This document shows positions 1 to 9,529 of a DNA stretch of 64,000 nt, piece after piece. Origin of the DNA: Minisyncoccota bacterium (GTDB lineage: Bacteria > Patescibacteriota > Minisyncoccia > Phycocordibacterales > JABAAK01); assembly GCA_963668425.1 (NCBI GenBank), contig OY764332.1:359504-423503 (forward strand), written 5' to 3'. The translations under genes were made by a program, and so were the position numbers. Within the stretch, counting starts at the first letter, position 1, and the number at the start of each line of letters is the position of its first letter. Below the pieces are notes generated by a model that saw only the letters and a list, made by a program, of their open reading frames with translations, searched no databases and had not been told where the DNA came from.

Positions 1-1
1 T

Positions 2-925
2 GAGTATGATGGTGTTGGGGGTCAGCCGGCGTATTTCCGTTCTGATGTTCCGAAAAGTAAGCATATTTTTCTTCACACATTGTCACCTGGTCAGGTGCAG
101 GAGGAGGGGATTATTGTGCATAATCTTGATTCTTCGGGGTCTGATAAGGTTATTTTGATACATGGGGTAGATACCGTACACTCAAGCGGAGGAGGTGTGG
201 CGTGTGCACAGGTACTGGACACACAGAATGAGGTGGGATCCTGGATTGCATTTGAAACAAATGAAGTTATAATTCCTGCGCTAGGAAAAGAAAAAGTGCC
301 GTTTACCATTACTGTTCCAGAAGGTGTTTCTGCGGGTGAGTATAACGGGTGTGTTGTTATCCAGGAGAAAAAGGATGTGCAAGGATCCGGACTCTCTCTT
401 TCCACTCGTGTTGGATTGCGTGTTGCCATTACCGTACCTGGTGTGTTGCACCGAGAGATTGTTGCTCCGTCGGTTGTAATGCATACTCAGGATGATGGGG
501 ATTTTTCTTTTCAGGTTTCTGGTACAAATACAGGAAATGTTTCCGTTACTACGGAAGTTTCTCTGAAGACCCGCTCTCTTATAACTGGACTGTTGGTGTC
601 TGAGCAGGGTGGGGGATATCCCGTCTATCGTGGAAAAACACAGCGGTGGAATTTTGTTCTGGAGAAACCGTTTTGGGGAGGTCCTTACCTTGTTACCACA
701 CAGATTTCCTATGGTTCTAGTGATGATAGTGTGTATGATGTTGTTCTGAAGGCGTCTAATATTTTTTTGTTTGTGTTTCCCGCACCACTCGCGATTGGTA
801 TTGAGGTTGGAGTACTCTTTCTCATTGTCATTTCTCTTATCTTGCTTCGACGAAGGAGACGTGCGAGACGTGCGAGACGTGCACGTGGTGGTGCACGAAC
901 CACAAGGGTTGGTCGTGGCGAGTAA
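2..925 (+). CDS. Cell-surface/membrane-anchored hypothetical protein, 5'-truncated by the window edge. C-terminal TM helix followed by a poly-Arg tail (RRRRRARRARRAR).
   Basis: The frame of ORF 80..925 is open back to nt 2 with no stop, and the listed 'M' at 80 is a TTG codon. Hydrophobic C-terminal segment plus basic tail. No recognisable catalytic motif. Confidence 0.45.
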   Translation, partial: EYDGVGGQPAYFRSDVPKSKHIFLHTLSPGQVQEEGIIVHNLDSSGSDKVILIHGVDTVHSSGGGVACAQVLDTQNEVGSWIAFETNEVIIPALGKEKVPFTITVPEGVSAGEYNGCVVIQEKKDVQGSGLSLSTRVGLRVAITVPGVLHREIVAPSVVMHTQDDGDFSFQVSGTNTGNVSVTTEVSLKTRSLITGLLVSEQGGGYPVYRGKTQRWNFVLEKPFWGGPYLVTTQISYGSSDDSVYDVVLKASNIFLFVFPAPLAIGIEVGVLFLIVISLILLRRRRRARRARRARGGARTTRVGRGE

Positions 926-978
926 GATAGATCTTATACCCCATTCTTTTTTTGGTATACTTACTATGTTGAATCTGT

Positions 979-1599
979 ATGCAGTTACTGATGTTTTATA
1001 TTTTTGTACTCAGTGTGGTTTTTTTGGTAGTAGGGGGTGTTGTTGTACTTCCTTTTGCTGTGGAGGCAGTATCGGCGCGTGCCGTGATTGCTATTCAGGA
1101 TGATGAGGTTACGCCACCTCCTCCGCCCCCACCTACAACACCTACAAAGCGAACTTCTTCAGGGTTTTCTACTGTGGGTGGGTATTCTCTGCAATCTCTT
1201 TCAGATTGGTTTCTTTCCTTTTCCGAAGATCCACCTTCGCCGGTATCTGCACCTTCTGCGGATGTGCCTCCTGTTCCGGATACCTTCGTTGGTGTTCCTG
1301 AGCAACCTTCTTCTGTTGTGGTTGAAGAGATACGTCCATCACAGCCCGCGTTGACTCCTGTTACTGAGGATTCTTCCTCCACTGATTCTGATGCTGTGTC
1401 TTCCTCTGTGGAGTATCTGCGTGAAACTGTGCGTGATGTGGTTGATCTTCCGACACCTTCAGTTTCTACTTATGTCGGAAGCGTTGAGGAGCCACTGATT
1501 GTTTCTATTAAAGTGCTCTTTTCGAATGTGGAGTTAGAGGTGGTTGATCTTGATGTTGAGGAAGGTGCCGGCGTAGGATTCTTTTCCACACTGTTGTGA
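979..1599 (+). CDS. Hypothetical proline-rich membrane/secreted protein: N-terminal TM, PPPPPPPTTPT tract, acidic C-terminus.
   Basis: ATG start, N-terminal hydrophobic helix, low-complexity Pro/Ser/Val-rich body. Confidence 0.4.
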   Translation: MQLLMFYIFVLSVVFLVVGGVVVLPFAVEAVSARAVIAIQDDEVTPPPPPPPTTPTKRTSSGFSTVGGYSLQSLSDWFLSFSEDPPSPVSAPSADVPPVPDTFVGVPEQPSSVVVEEIRPSQPALTPVTEDSSSTDSDAVSSSVEYLRETVRDVVDLPTPSVSTYVGSVEEPLIVSIKVLFSNVELEVVDLDVEEGAGVGFFSTLL

Positions 1600-1626
1600 T
1601 GTGGTGCACAATACTATATACGGTCT

Positions 1627-2193
1627 ATGTTTATCTGGTGGAAATTTTTTAAAAAGAAAGGACTTGTAGCACTTGTGTTTCTTGTATTGGCGCTTTTGTC
1701 TGCGGTTTTTTCATTTCGTACGCACATTGTGAGTCGCGCTACTGCGTTTACGTCAGGTGTCACTATTGTTGTACAGAACCTTTCATTGTACGAAACGGCA
1801 CCTGTTGTGTTTACCTATGCTCTTTCTCAGGATGACACTGTGCTGTTTCTTGAGGAACGGGCAGTTGATGTTGTGCAGGAGCCAGTAGAAGCAATTCCTG
1901 GGACTAATCAGCATGCTCTATCTCTTTCACATACGTTCTATATCTCAAAGGAAGCCGTTCGAGGTTGGTATACCTTTACGGTTACCGCTCGGCAGCCACA
2001 TGAAACGGCGGGACAGGAGATAGCGCGGACAGATCTCTTTGTCGCTCCTTCACTGTTGGCGTTTCCTTTCTTCCGTTTCGGTATGTTTTTTTCCCTTCTT
2101 CTTTCACTCCTCCTTTTCTCGCTTTCTTTGCGTGATCGTTTTAATGCTCGGAGATATGCAGATTCTCCTGATACGGCGGGGACGGTTTCGTAA
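1627..2193 (+). CDS. Hypothetical membrane protein (TM helices at N- and C-terminus).
   Basis: ATG start. Hydrophobic N-terminal segment and C-terminal FPFFRFGMFFSLLLSLLLF helix. Confidence 0.35.
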   Translation: MFIWWKFFKKKGLVALVFLVLALLSAVFSFRTHIVSRATAFTSGVTIVVQNLSLYETAPVVFTYALSQDDTVLFLEERAVDVVQEPVEAIPGTNQHALSLSHTFYISKEAVRGWYTFTVTARQPHETAGQEIARTDLFVAPSLLAFPFFRFGMFFSLLLSLLLFSLSLRDRFNARRYADSPDTAGTVS

Positions 2194-2343
2194 GGAAATG
2201 ATGTGCACAAATCGTAACATCCTTGGTGTGTTATCTTGTTGCAGGTATGTGGTACTTCATCGTTGCTGTGGGATACGGTTTATTAGGTGATGTGCTGAGA
2301 GGTGTGCTTTTATGTGGTTCATCGTAGTGATATGCTGTAAATA

Positions 2344-2802
2344 ATGGATATTGCTATTCGGACACTTGAGGAGACGCGAATTTTTGCTGAGCAAATAGTA
2401 TTGGCGTTGCGTGGGGTGCCGTGGCGTTCTGATCGGGCAGTTGTGTTGGGGTTGTCCGGTCCACTTGGTGCAGGAAAGACCTCTCTTGTTCGGTGTGTTG
2501 CTGAAGTGTTGGGAGTTACTGATGTGGTAACAAGCTCTTCGTTTGTATTACGGTCTGATTACACCACAACTGATACTGTTTTTAAGCACTTAACTCATAT
2601 TGATGCATATAGATTTGAGCGCGCTGATGAGGTTGATACTATCGGTTGGGATGTAGTGCTTGCAGCACCGAACACTCTTGTGGCTGTTGAGTGGGCTGAC
2701 AAAGTTGCCGACCGTATCCCTGCTGATATGTTTTCTGTTGTTATCACTGTTCGTGGTGATGAGCGGGTTTTTACCACTACTATACTTTCGGATCATCAGT
2801 GA
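2344..2802 (+). CDS. tsaE: tRNA threonylcarbamoyladenosine biosynthesis protein TsaE (YjeE-family P-loop ATPase).
   Basis: Walker A 'LGLSGPLGAGKTSLVR' in the characteristic TsaE N-terminal context; ~150 aa. Confidence 0.7.
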   Translation: MDIAIRTLEETRIFAEQIVLALRGVPWRSDRAVVLGLSGPLGAGKTSLVRCVAEVLGVTDVVTSSSFVLRSDYTTTDTVFKHLTHIDAYRFERADEVDTIGWDVVLAAPNTLVAVEWADKVADRIPADMFSVVITVRGDERVFTTTILSDHQ

Positions 2803-2899
2803 AGAAATTGTTGCGTTTGATGTTTGTGGGTTTGTGGTAGTTGTGCCGGTGTTATACTGATTCTGTTTGGTGGCGGTGTGGTGTTGCCCGATGTTGTGT

Positions 2900-5254
2900 A
2901 TGATTTTGTATATAGATACCCTTGCCCTACTGTACCGTGCGTATTATGCATTTCCTGATTTGCGGGCGTCTGATGGTACACCTGCAGGAGCGTTATTCGG
3001 ACTGACGAATACACTTTTTCGTGTTGTTGCTGAGATGGAGCCGGATCATATTGTTGCGTGTTTTGACAGACCAGAGGAAACTTTTCGGCAGCAGTTGCAC
3101 GCTGAGTATAAGGCGAATCGTGAGATGCCGGAGGAGGATATGATTATGCAGATTGATTTGTCGCGGGAAATGTTGCAGTCGTATGGTGTGCATACTGTTG
3201 AAAAAGCAGGATACGAAGCGGATGATTTATTAGGGACACTTGTTGTTATTGATGCAAAACGTGAAGAAGAAGCGGTTATTGTCTCTGGTGATGGGGATTT
3301 GTTGCAGTTGACAGTGTATCCGAATGTGCGTGTGTATTTACTTCGGAAAGGGATGAGTGACTTTGTGTTGTATGACGAGAAGGAGGTAGAGAAGAAGAAT
3401 GGGTATCCGGCGAGGTATGTTATTGATTATAAAGGACTTGCGGGAGATAGTTCTGATAATATCACTGGTGTTCCGGGTGTTGGTGATGTCTATGCGAAGC
3501 GACTCATTACTGCTTTTGGTGATCTTGATGCGATTTATAAGGCGGTTGACGCCGAGGTTTTAGAAGGTGAGGGGTTTACAAAGCGGATTGTTACCTTGCT
3601 TGAGCAAGGTCGTGACAGCGCGTTTGCCTCGCGTGAGTTGGCGACTATTCATACTGATGTGCCGATTATTGCTCCACACACCAAGGCAAAGAAATGGAAA
3701 GATTTCATAGTATATTCTGATGCTCAGAAGATGCTTGAACGATATGCTTTCACATCACTCTTGTCGCGCTTGAGTGCTATTACTGGAGGTGGTGATGGTG
3801 CTGGAGGCAATAATGGATCTTCTGACGTTGTTGACACACCTTCTGGCGCTGTTTTTGAGGATGCTGCTACTCGGGCGGTGTCTGTCGCATTGTGGGTACT
3901 TGATGCGACCAAAACAAATGCAAGTTTTGAAGATGTGTGTGTTTGTACTGGTCAGCGTTCTCCAGAGGATGCACTTGCGTTTATTGAGAAGGAGTTGAAG
4001 GCGAATAACTTGTTGTCGGTGTGGAGGGATATTGAGCAACCACTTCTTCCTGTTGTTGAGGAGATGGAGCGGATTGGAGTTTGTTTTGACTTACAGGGTG
4101 CGAAAAGATTGAGCGGTATGTATCAGAAAAAGATTGCATCTTTGACAAAAGAAATATACAACCTTGTTGGCAAAGAGTTTAATATTAGTTCTCCGAAGCA
4201 ATTAAGTGAGGTGTTGTATGGTGATCTTAATTTAAAGCCAAGGCGTGCATCAAAGACCGCTTCTGGAGGAAAGACGACCAAGGAATCAGTGTTGTTGCAA
4301 ATGGTTGATGATCATCCTGTTGTGTCGTTGGTGCTTGAATATAGACGTTATGAGAAATTGCGCTCCACCTATGTTGATGCATTGCCTTCGTTTGTTGCTG
4401 CTGATGGGCGAATACACACAACCTTACAACAGAATGGGACAGTGTCAGGACGGTTTTCTTCTCGAGATCCGAATTTGCAGAATATACCAGCTGGTGGTGA
4501 GGATGGTATCGCTATTCGCAATCTGTTTGTTGCTGCTGATGGGTGGGAGATGGTGGCAATTGATTATTCGCAGGTGGAGTTGCGGCTCGCCGCTATTTTG
4601 TCGCAAGATAAGGCACTATTGGATGTTTTTCGACGAGGTGTGGATGTTCATCGGGCAGTTGCTGCGCAGGTTTTTTCGGTTTCGCAGGATGCTGTAACAC
4701 CAGAGCAGCGTCATAATGCGAAGACAATTAATTTTGGGGTTCTTTATGGCATGGGGGCACAGTCACTGAGTCGTTCGTTGGCTGTCCCGTTGACTGAAGC
4801 AGATGCATTTCTCACTGACTACAAAAAAGCATTTCCGGCGTTGTTTGATTACCTTGATGGACTCAAAGGAGAAGCGTTGACTTCTGGTTTTGTGACCACT
4901 GCGTTTGGGCGGGTGCGACCGATTAGTGGTATCACCTCTTCACTTGCTTTTGTGCGGGCACAAGCAGAGCGGACTGCTGCAAATACAGTGATACAAGGTA
5001 CCGCCGCTGATATCACCAAGATTGCGATGGTTCGTGTTGATGCGATGTTGAAAGAGACAGGGTTGGTGGAAGATGTGCGCATGCTGTTGCAAATTCATGA
5101 TGAATTGTTGTTTGAGATTCGCCCTCGTGTTGCTGATCGGGCGATAGAGAAGATTGTAGAGGTGATGGAATCGGTGTATCCGGAGAATAAGAAGCCAATA
5201 CCACTGTTGGCAAGTGTTGGCAGAGGGAAGTCGTGGGGGATGTTGAAAGAGTGA
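2900..5254 (+). CDS. polA: DNA polymerase I. It has a 5'-3' exonuclease domain plus a family A polymerase domain, with only a ~100-aa vestige where the 3'-5' proofreading domain would be.
   Basis: N-terminal 5' nuclease region (LYRAYYAFP, GDSSDNITGVPGVG). Pol A motifs 'RDPNLQNIPAGGEDGIAIRNLF', 'RHNAKTINFGVLYGMG', 'QIHDELLFE'. Start moved to the internal ATG (MILYIDTLALL). Confidence 0.9.
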   Translation: MILYIDTLALLYRAYYAFPDLRASDGTPAGALFGLTNTLFRVVAEMEPDHIVACFDRPEETFRQQLHAEYKANREMPEEDMIMQIDLSREMLQSYGVHTVEKAGYEADDLLGTLVVIDAKREEEAVIVSGDGDLLQLTVYPNVRVYLLRKGMSDFVLYDEKEVEKKNGYPARYVIDYKGLAGDSSDNITGVPGVGDVYAKRLITAFGDLDAIYKAVDAEVLEGEGFTKRIVTLLEQGRDSAFASRELATIHTDVPIIAPHTKAKKWKDFIVYSDAQKMLERYAFTSLLSRLSAITGGGDGAGGNNGSSDVVDTPSGAVFEDAATRAVSVALWVLDATKTNASFEDVCVCTGQRSPEDALAFIEKELKANNLLSVWRDIEQPLLPVVEEMERIGVCFDLQGAKRLSGMYQKKIASLTKEIYNLVGKEFNISSPKQLSEVLYGDLNLKPRRASKTASGGKTTKESVLLQMVDDHPVVSLVLEYRRYEKLRSTYVDALPSFVAADGRIHTTLQQNGTVSGRFSSRDPNLQNIPAGGEDGIAIRNLFVAADGWEMVAIDYSQVELRLAAILSQDKALLDVFRRGVDVHRAVAAQVFSVSQDAVTPEQRHNAKTINFGVLYGMGAQSLSRSLAVPLTEADAFLTDYKKAFPALFDYLDGLKGEALTSGFVTTAFGRVRPISGITSSLAFVRAQAERTAANTVIQGTAADITKIAMVRVDAMLKETGLVEDVRMLLQIHDELLFEIRPRVADRAIEKIVEVMESVYPENKKPIPLLASVGRGKSWGMLKE

Positions 5255-5280
5255 TATTGTAGTGTTATTATGGCAATACT

Positions 5281-5982
5281 ATGTTGTATGTGTTTTGTGG
5301 GGATCGATTTGGGGCGCGGGAGCTGAGTAAAGAGTTTGTTGCCGTGTGTCAGAAGAAGCGGGAGGGAGCTGAATATATCTATCTATCACCTGCAATTGCA
5401 TATCACTCCTTGGAGGAGTTGCTGTTTGGGCAGGGGTTGTTTGAACAGAAGTATATTGTGTTTTGTGATGAGATGTTGCATGATTCTTCAGGTCAGCACA
5501 TGATTGACAATTTGTCGCTCTATTCTGAGTCACCACATATGTTTGTGGTATTTGAGCCGTCTTTGTCCTCAGGGGATGAAAAAAAGCTTGTTAGCGCTGG
5601 TGCAGTGATTAAACGATGTGAGGAAGGAAGGGCAGTAGCAGAGGATGTTCGTCCAGTGTTTGCATTTGTTGATGTGTTTTTACGTGGAGATCGGGAGAAG
5701 TCGTTTGTTGCGCTGTATTCTTTGTTGGAGAGTGGAGCGTTGCCATCCTCGGTGTTGAATATGATGTTGTGGCAGTTGCGGATGTTGGTATTAGTGTCGC
5801 AATCTGATAGTGCCACCACCGCTGGTGTGAAGCCATTTGTATACACAAAGGCGAAAAAGGCACTCACTGTTGTCCGCGATCCCTTTGTTTTGTTTGTGCG
5901 AGCTGAAGAGGGTGTTCGTCAGAGTCGACTACGTGGTTTGCAGGATACGGAGATTGTAGAATGCCTTGTTTTAAGTTTGTAG
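5281..5982 (+). CDS. holA: Probable DNA polymerase III delta subunit (short HolA-like).
   Basis: The N-terminus 'MLYVFCGDRFGARE' resembles the delta-subunit 'IYLLYGEE' start. Size and position next to polA/ruvA are consistent. Assignment is by weak similarity only. Confidence 0.45.
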   Translation: MLYVFCGDRFGARELSKEFVAVCQKKREGAEYIYLSPAIAYHSLEELLFGQGLFEQKYIVFCDEMLHDSSGQHMIDNLSLYSESPHMFVVFEPSLSSGDEKKLVSAGAVIKRCEEGRAVAEDVRPVFAFVDVFLRGDREKSFVALYSLLESGALPSSVLNMMLWQLRMLVLVSQSDSATTAGVKPFVYTKAKKALTVVRDPFVLFVRAEEGVRQSRLRGLQDTEIVECLVLSL

Positions 5983-6064
5983 TTTTGCTTTGTGCCGTAA
6001 TTATTACCTGTGTTCTGCGTGTTTCTCTCGTGTGTGATTGTGGGTAGTATGGCATACTGGCTAT

Positions 6065-6637
6065 ATGATAGGAATACTTATGGGTACTGTTCGGGATGCG
6101 GGTAAGGATATGGTGGTGGTAGAAACAAAGGGAGGTGTTGGGTATGCGGTTGTTGTTTCGGCAGCAACAAAAAATAGCGCTCTTTCCAAAGAGCCCTGTA
6201 CCTTGTACACACATACTGCTGTTCGTAAAGATACAATAGATCTGTTTGGGTTTCTTGAGCAGGAGGAGTATTCTACCTTTTTACTACTTCTCTCTGTTTC
6301 TGGCGTTGGTCCGAAGAAGGCACTTGCAGTGCTTGATGCGATGCCGGTGCAGACACTTTTGTCAGCCATCCAAAAAGAGGATGTTGTCACCTTGGCTTCG
6401 TTTGGGGTAGGGAAAAAGCAGGCACAACGGATGGTGCTTGACCTGCAGAAGAAGATAGAGATTGATTCGGTTGATTCGGAGGTATCCAATGACCTTTTCG
6501 CTACTCTTATTGCACTTGGGTATGAGAAAAGGGAAATTTCAGAGGTCTTGAAGGATGTTGTTCTACAAGGTAATACAGTTGAGGAGCAGGTGCAGACATT
6601 TTTAAAACTTGTGCGTGAGGCGAAGGTTCGTCGCTGA
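6065..6637 (+). CDS. ruvA: Holliday junction DNA helicase RuvA.
   Basis: 'MIGILMGTV' start. HhH motifs 'LLLLSVSGVGPKKALAVLD' and a C-terminal domain III-like tail. ~190 aa. Confidence 0.85.
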   Translation: MIGILMGTVRDAGKDMVVVETKGGVGYAVVVSAATKNSALSKEPCTLYTHTAVRKDTIDLFGFLEQEEYSTFLLLLSVSGVGPKKALAVLDAMPVQTLLSAIQKEDVVTLASFGVGKKQAQRMVLDLQKKIEIDSVDSEVSNDLFATLIALGYEKREISEVLKDVVLQGNTVEEQVQTFLKLVREAKVRR

Positions 6638-6640
6638 GGT

Positions 6641-7627
6641 ATGAGGATTTTTCATAAGGTGTTTTTGGCTTTATGTGTTGTTGGTGTTATATTTTATTTT
6701 TCTTCATATCCGCAGCAACAGATTTCACTTACCTCATCAGAGCATCATCAAAAAAAACAGGAGGATTCATATACGATATTTTTTGCCGGTGATGTGATGT
6801 TGGACAGAGGTGTTGGTTTGCAAGTTGCACGGTACGGTGATGATGATTGGCGATTTCCGTGGCGTTTTATTGCTGAACAATTTTTATCGGCAGATGTGGT
6901 GTTTTTGAATCATGAGGGTGTGATGAGTGATGTTGGGCAGGATGCCGGTGGTGTGTATTCTTTTAATTTCCCTCTCGCCGCTCTTGATGGATTGTTATTT
7001 GCTGGTGTTGATGTGGTTAGCTTGGCGAATAATCATAGTTTTGATTGGGGAGGAGTGGCGCTATGTGACACAAAGAGACGGCTGAATGAGCATGATATCG
7101 GGACTGTTGGTGCTGGATGTTCGTATACAGAGGCAAATGCGCCATACGTTCATGCATTTGATGATGGGAGTAGTGTTGGTTTTCTTGGGTATACCTCATT
7201 TTATCCGAATGGTGTTGCCGGCAATACATACCCTGGTATTTCTGACTACACTCTGGAGAATATGCAACAGAATATTACTACTTTGAGGGAATCTGTTGAT
7301 GTGATCTTTGTTTCTCTACATTGGGGTGAGGAGTATCAGCCAAGGTCAAATGCAGAGCAGCAGATGATTGGGCGTGCACTTATTGATGCTGGAGCTGATA
7401 TTATTATTGGACATCACCCACACGTTATTCAGGAAGTTGAGGAGTATAATGGTGGGTGGATTTTTTATAGTTTGGGCAACTTTATTTTTGATCAGTATTT
7501 TTCTGCGGAGACGATGGAGGGTTTGGTTGCTATGGCAACTGTGCAAGGAGGTGCGATTGTGTCCGTTGATACTAAAAAAGTACTCCTTAATACCTATTTT
7601 CAGCCAATGTTTGTGGATGTGGAGTGA
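6641..7627 (+). CDS. CapA/PgsA-family calcineurin-like metallophosphatase (poly-gamma-glutamate capsule synthesis family).
   Basis: 'IFFAGDVMLDRGV', 'LANNHSFDWG' and 'GHHPHVIQEVE' are the conserved CapA motifs. N-terminal TM anchor. Confidence 0.75.
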   Translation: MRIFHKVFLALCVVGVIFYFSSYPQQQISLTSSEHHQKKQEDSYTIFFAGDVMLDRGVGLQVARYGDDDWRFPWRFIAEQFLSADVVFLNHEGVMSDVGQDAGGVYSFNFPLAALDGLLFAGVDVVSLANNHSFDWGGVALCDTKRRLNEHDIGTVGAGCSYTEANAPYVHAFDDGSSVGFLGYTSFYPNGVAGNTYPGISDYTLENMQQNITTLRESVDVIFVSLHWGEEYQPRSNAEQQMIGRALIDAGADIIIGHHPHVIQEVEEYNGGWIFYSLGNFIFDQYFSAETMEGLVAMATVQGGAIVSVDTKKVLLNTYFQPMFVDVE

Positions 7628-7674
7628 GTTTTATAATAGTATGTGCTGTTTCTAATATGTTATCTTGATGATGT

Positions 7675-8733
7675 ATGAAAGGTATGCAGTTAGGCACACT
7701 TTTGCCGATTTTTCTCTTCTTTTTACTCTTTGCTGGTATTCTCATTATCTACAGGGAAGAGATAGAAAAGATGGAGCTCTTTGGAAAATTGCACACGTCT
7801 CCGGTTCCCGCAACACGCATTGATCAACCTGCTGTCCCTTCTGCTCCGGTCATCCCACTATCTCTCACTTCTTCTGCGACTACTACATCAGTGTCCAATG
7901 TTCGTGTGATTTCTTTTGGGGATGGGCGTGTTGTTGATTCTACCTTACGTAATATTCCGATTGTTGATTTGCGTGCCGGTGTTGGATCGCTACACACCCT
8001 TTTACCAAACGTCAGTGATTATTACGCTCGAGCGTTTGTTGAAGAGTCGTCCGATTTGTATAATCCGTCTCCACATGTCGGTTCTGTTATTTTTCTTGAT
8101 AGGGTTTCTAATATCAAGGAAACAGACCCAGATCGTGAGTATTTTGTACTTCTTGTATCCAATGCTCTGTCAGCACCTATTACTATCACAGGTTGGAAGG
8201 TGCTTGATCGGCAGGACGGTGTTTCGTATACGTTTTCTCGTGGGGTTAAGGTATTTGGCTCAGGTGATGTTTCCTTGCCGATTGAGGTGTATTCTGGTGA
8301 CAGAATTTTTGTCTCTTCTGGGGATTCTCCGACCAACACTTCGTTTCAGGTGAATAAATGTTCTGGGTATCGTTCTCAGTTTGAGAACTTTACTCCGACC
8401 ATAAAAACATTTTGCTCAGATCCGGTTCAGGATTTTTCGGATTACGGAGATGTCCCTTTTTCTGATGCTGTGTGCTACTCAATGGTTTCCTCTCTTTCGC
8501 CTTGTACGACAGTGCGTACTATTCCTTCTGGTGTTACTGCAAAATGTCGTAGTTTTTTGCAGGACGTTTTGACTGAAAAAGGGTGTGTGTCCCGTCATCG
8601 CAATGATCCTGATTTTTTTACTGGAGAGTGGCGGTTGTTTTTAAAATCGGATAAAGAGATTTGGAAAAATCGTGATAATGTTTTGTATTTACTTGACGAG
8701 AATGACCTTCTCGTCGCCACTCTGGTGTATTAG
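7675..8733 (+). CDS. Membrane-anchored hypothetical protein with a lamin-tail-domain (LTD)-like segment.
   Basis: N-terminal TM. 'EYFVLLVSNALSAPITITGWKVLDRQDGVSYTFSRGVKVFGSGDVSL' matches the LTD pattern (EYIELxN...L.GW.L.D......F). Confidence 0.4.
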   Translation: MKGMQLGTLLPIFLFFLLFAGILIIYREEIEKMELFGKLHTSPVPATRIDQPAVPSAPVIPLSLTSSATTTSVSNVRVISFGDGRVVDSTLRNIPIVDLRAGVGSLHTLLPNVSDYYARAFVEESSDLYNPSPHVGSVIFLDRVSNIKETDPDREYFVLLVSNALSAPITITGWKVLDRQDGVSYTFSRGVKVFGSGDVSLPIEVYSGDRIFVSSGDSPTNTSFQVNKCSGYRSQFENFTPTIKTFCSDPVQDFSDYGDVPFSDAVCYSMVSSLSPCTTVRTIPSGVTAKCRSFLQDVLTEKGCVSRHRNDPDFFTGEWRLFLKSDKEIWKNRDNVLYLLDENDLLVATLVY

Positions 8734-8821
8734 TGCTACAAGTTGTACTACAGGGTCTGTGCACTCTTTTCAAATATTGTACATATTTCGTATTCCTATT
8801 TTTTCTTGATTTGAAAGTTTG

Positions 8822-8852
8822 TTAAAAAATATAAGATGAGGTGGTACATCTT
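8822..8852 (-). terminator. Rho-independent terminator downstream of tRNA-Lys (hairpin ATAAGATG...CATCTTAT followed by a U-run on the minus strand).
   Basis: 8-bp perfect stem with an 8-nt loop; A-run on the + strand (TTAAAAAAT) corresponds to a U-run in the minus orientation. Confidence 0.55.
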
Positions 8853-8863
8853 ATGTTATTGGG

Positions 8864-8936
8864 TCCGCCCACCAGGGCTCGAACCTGGGACCACCGGCTT
8901 AAAAGGCCGTTGCTCTACCAACTGAGCTATGGGCGG
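8864..8936 (-). tRNA. tRNA-Lys (anticodon UUU).
   Basis: Manual fold of the reverse complement: acceptor CCGCCCA/TGGGCGG, U8 A9, D-arm GCTC-AGTTGGTA-GAGC, anticodon stem ACGGC/GCCGG with loop CUUUUAA, T-arm CCAGG-TTCGAGC-CCTGG. CCA is not encoded in the canonical register. Confidence 0.85.
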
Positions 8937-9096
8937 AGTGAGTAGATAGTGAAAGGATACCACAGTATTCTTTCAATTCTACGAATGACAAGTTTATCAA
9001 ACTACGGCTTGATATGGGCGGAGTGAGTAGATAGTGAAAGGATACCACAGTATTCTTTTAATTCTACGAACGACAAGCTTATCAAACTACGGCTTG
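8929..9096. repeat. Tandem direct duplication (2 x 84 bp, about 4 mismatches) covering the 5' end of tRNA-Lys (TATGGGCGG...) and the region immediately upstream of it on the minus strand.
   Basis: Copy 1 is 8929-9012 and copy 2 is 9013-9096. Both begin with TATGGGCGGAGTGAGTAGATAGTGAAAGGATACCACAGTATTCTTT. Confidence 0.85.
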
Positions 9097-9244
9097 CTGT
9101 GTGCAGGGTTTGCTACCACTAGAATGATAGCATTGTTTCTGCTGTTGGCAAATTTATCAGAATATACCACACACTTTTGTCATTTGTATTGATTGCAGTG
9201 ATTTAGTGTTGCTATGTGCTGTTGTATGCGGTATAGTGTTTTTA

Positions 9245-9520
9245 ATGGCTAATACAGCTGCGGCTAAAAAGGCAATGCGCGTTTCTGCGCGGAAGAGGGT
9301 GTTTAACCTGCGTCGTTCGCGTACCATGCGGTCTCTTATGAAGGAGGTTGTTTTGAAGTATCGGAGTGGTGATGCTGAGGGTGCACGCACGCAGTTTCGT
9401 GAAGCACAGCAGGCGATTGACAAGGCGACAAAGCGGGGGGTGATTAAACAGCGGACAGCATCTCGCAGAAAGGCGATGTTGTCTCGGGCAATAAAGCCGG
9501 AGGTGGTAAGCAGTACATAG
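9245..9520 (+). CDS. rpsT: 30S ribosomal protein S20.
   Basis: 'MANTAAAKKAMRVSARKRVFNLRRS...' matches the S20 N-terminus (MANxKSAKKRA). Start taken at the internal ATG. Confidence 0.8.
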   Translation: MANTAAAKKAMRVSARKRVFNLRRSRTMRSLMKEVVLKYRSGDAEGARTQFREAQQAIDKATKRGVIKQRTASRRKAMLSRAIKPEVVSST

Positions 9521-9529
9521 GTGTGTTGT

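Noticed and set aside
8864-9096. Possible CRISPR array at the tandem repeats near tRNA-Lys, near tRNA-Ser (18771-19125), and at the window end
   Set aside because: Each locus has only two copies (or the copies are coding), with no repeat-spacer alternation. No cas genes are present in the window.
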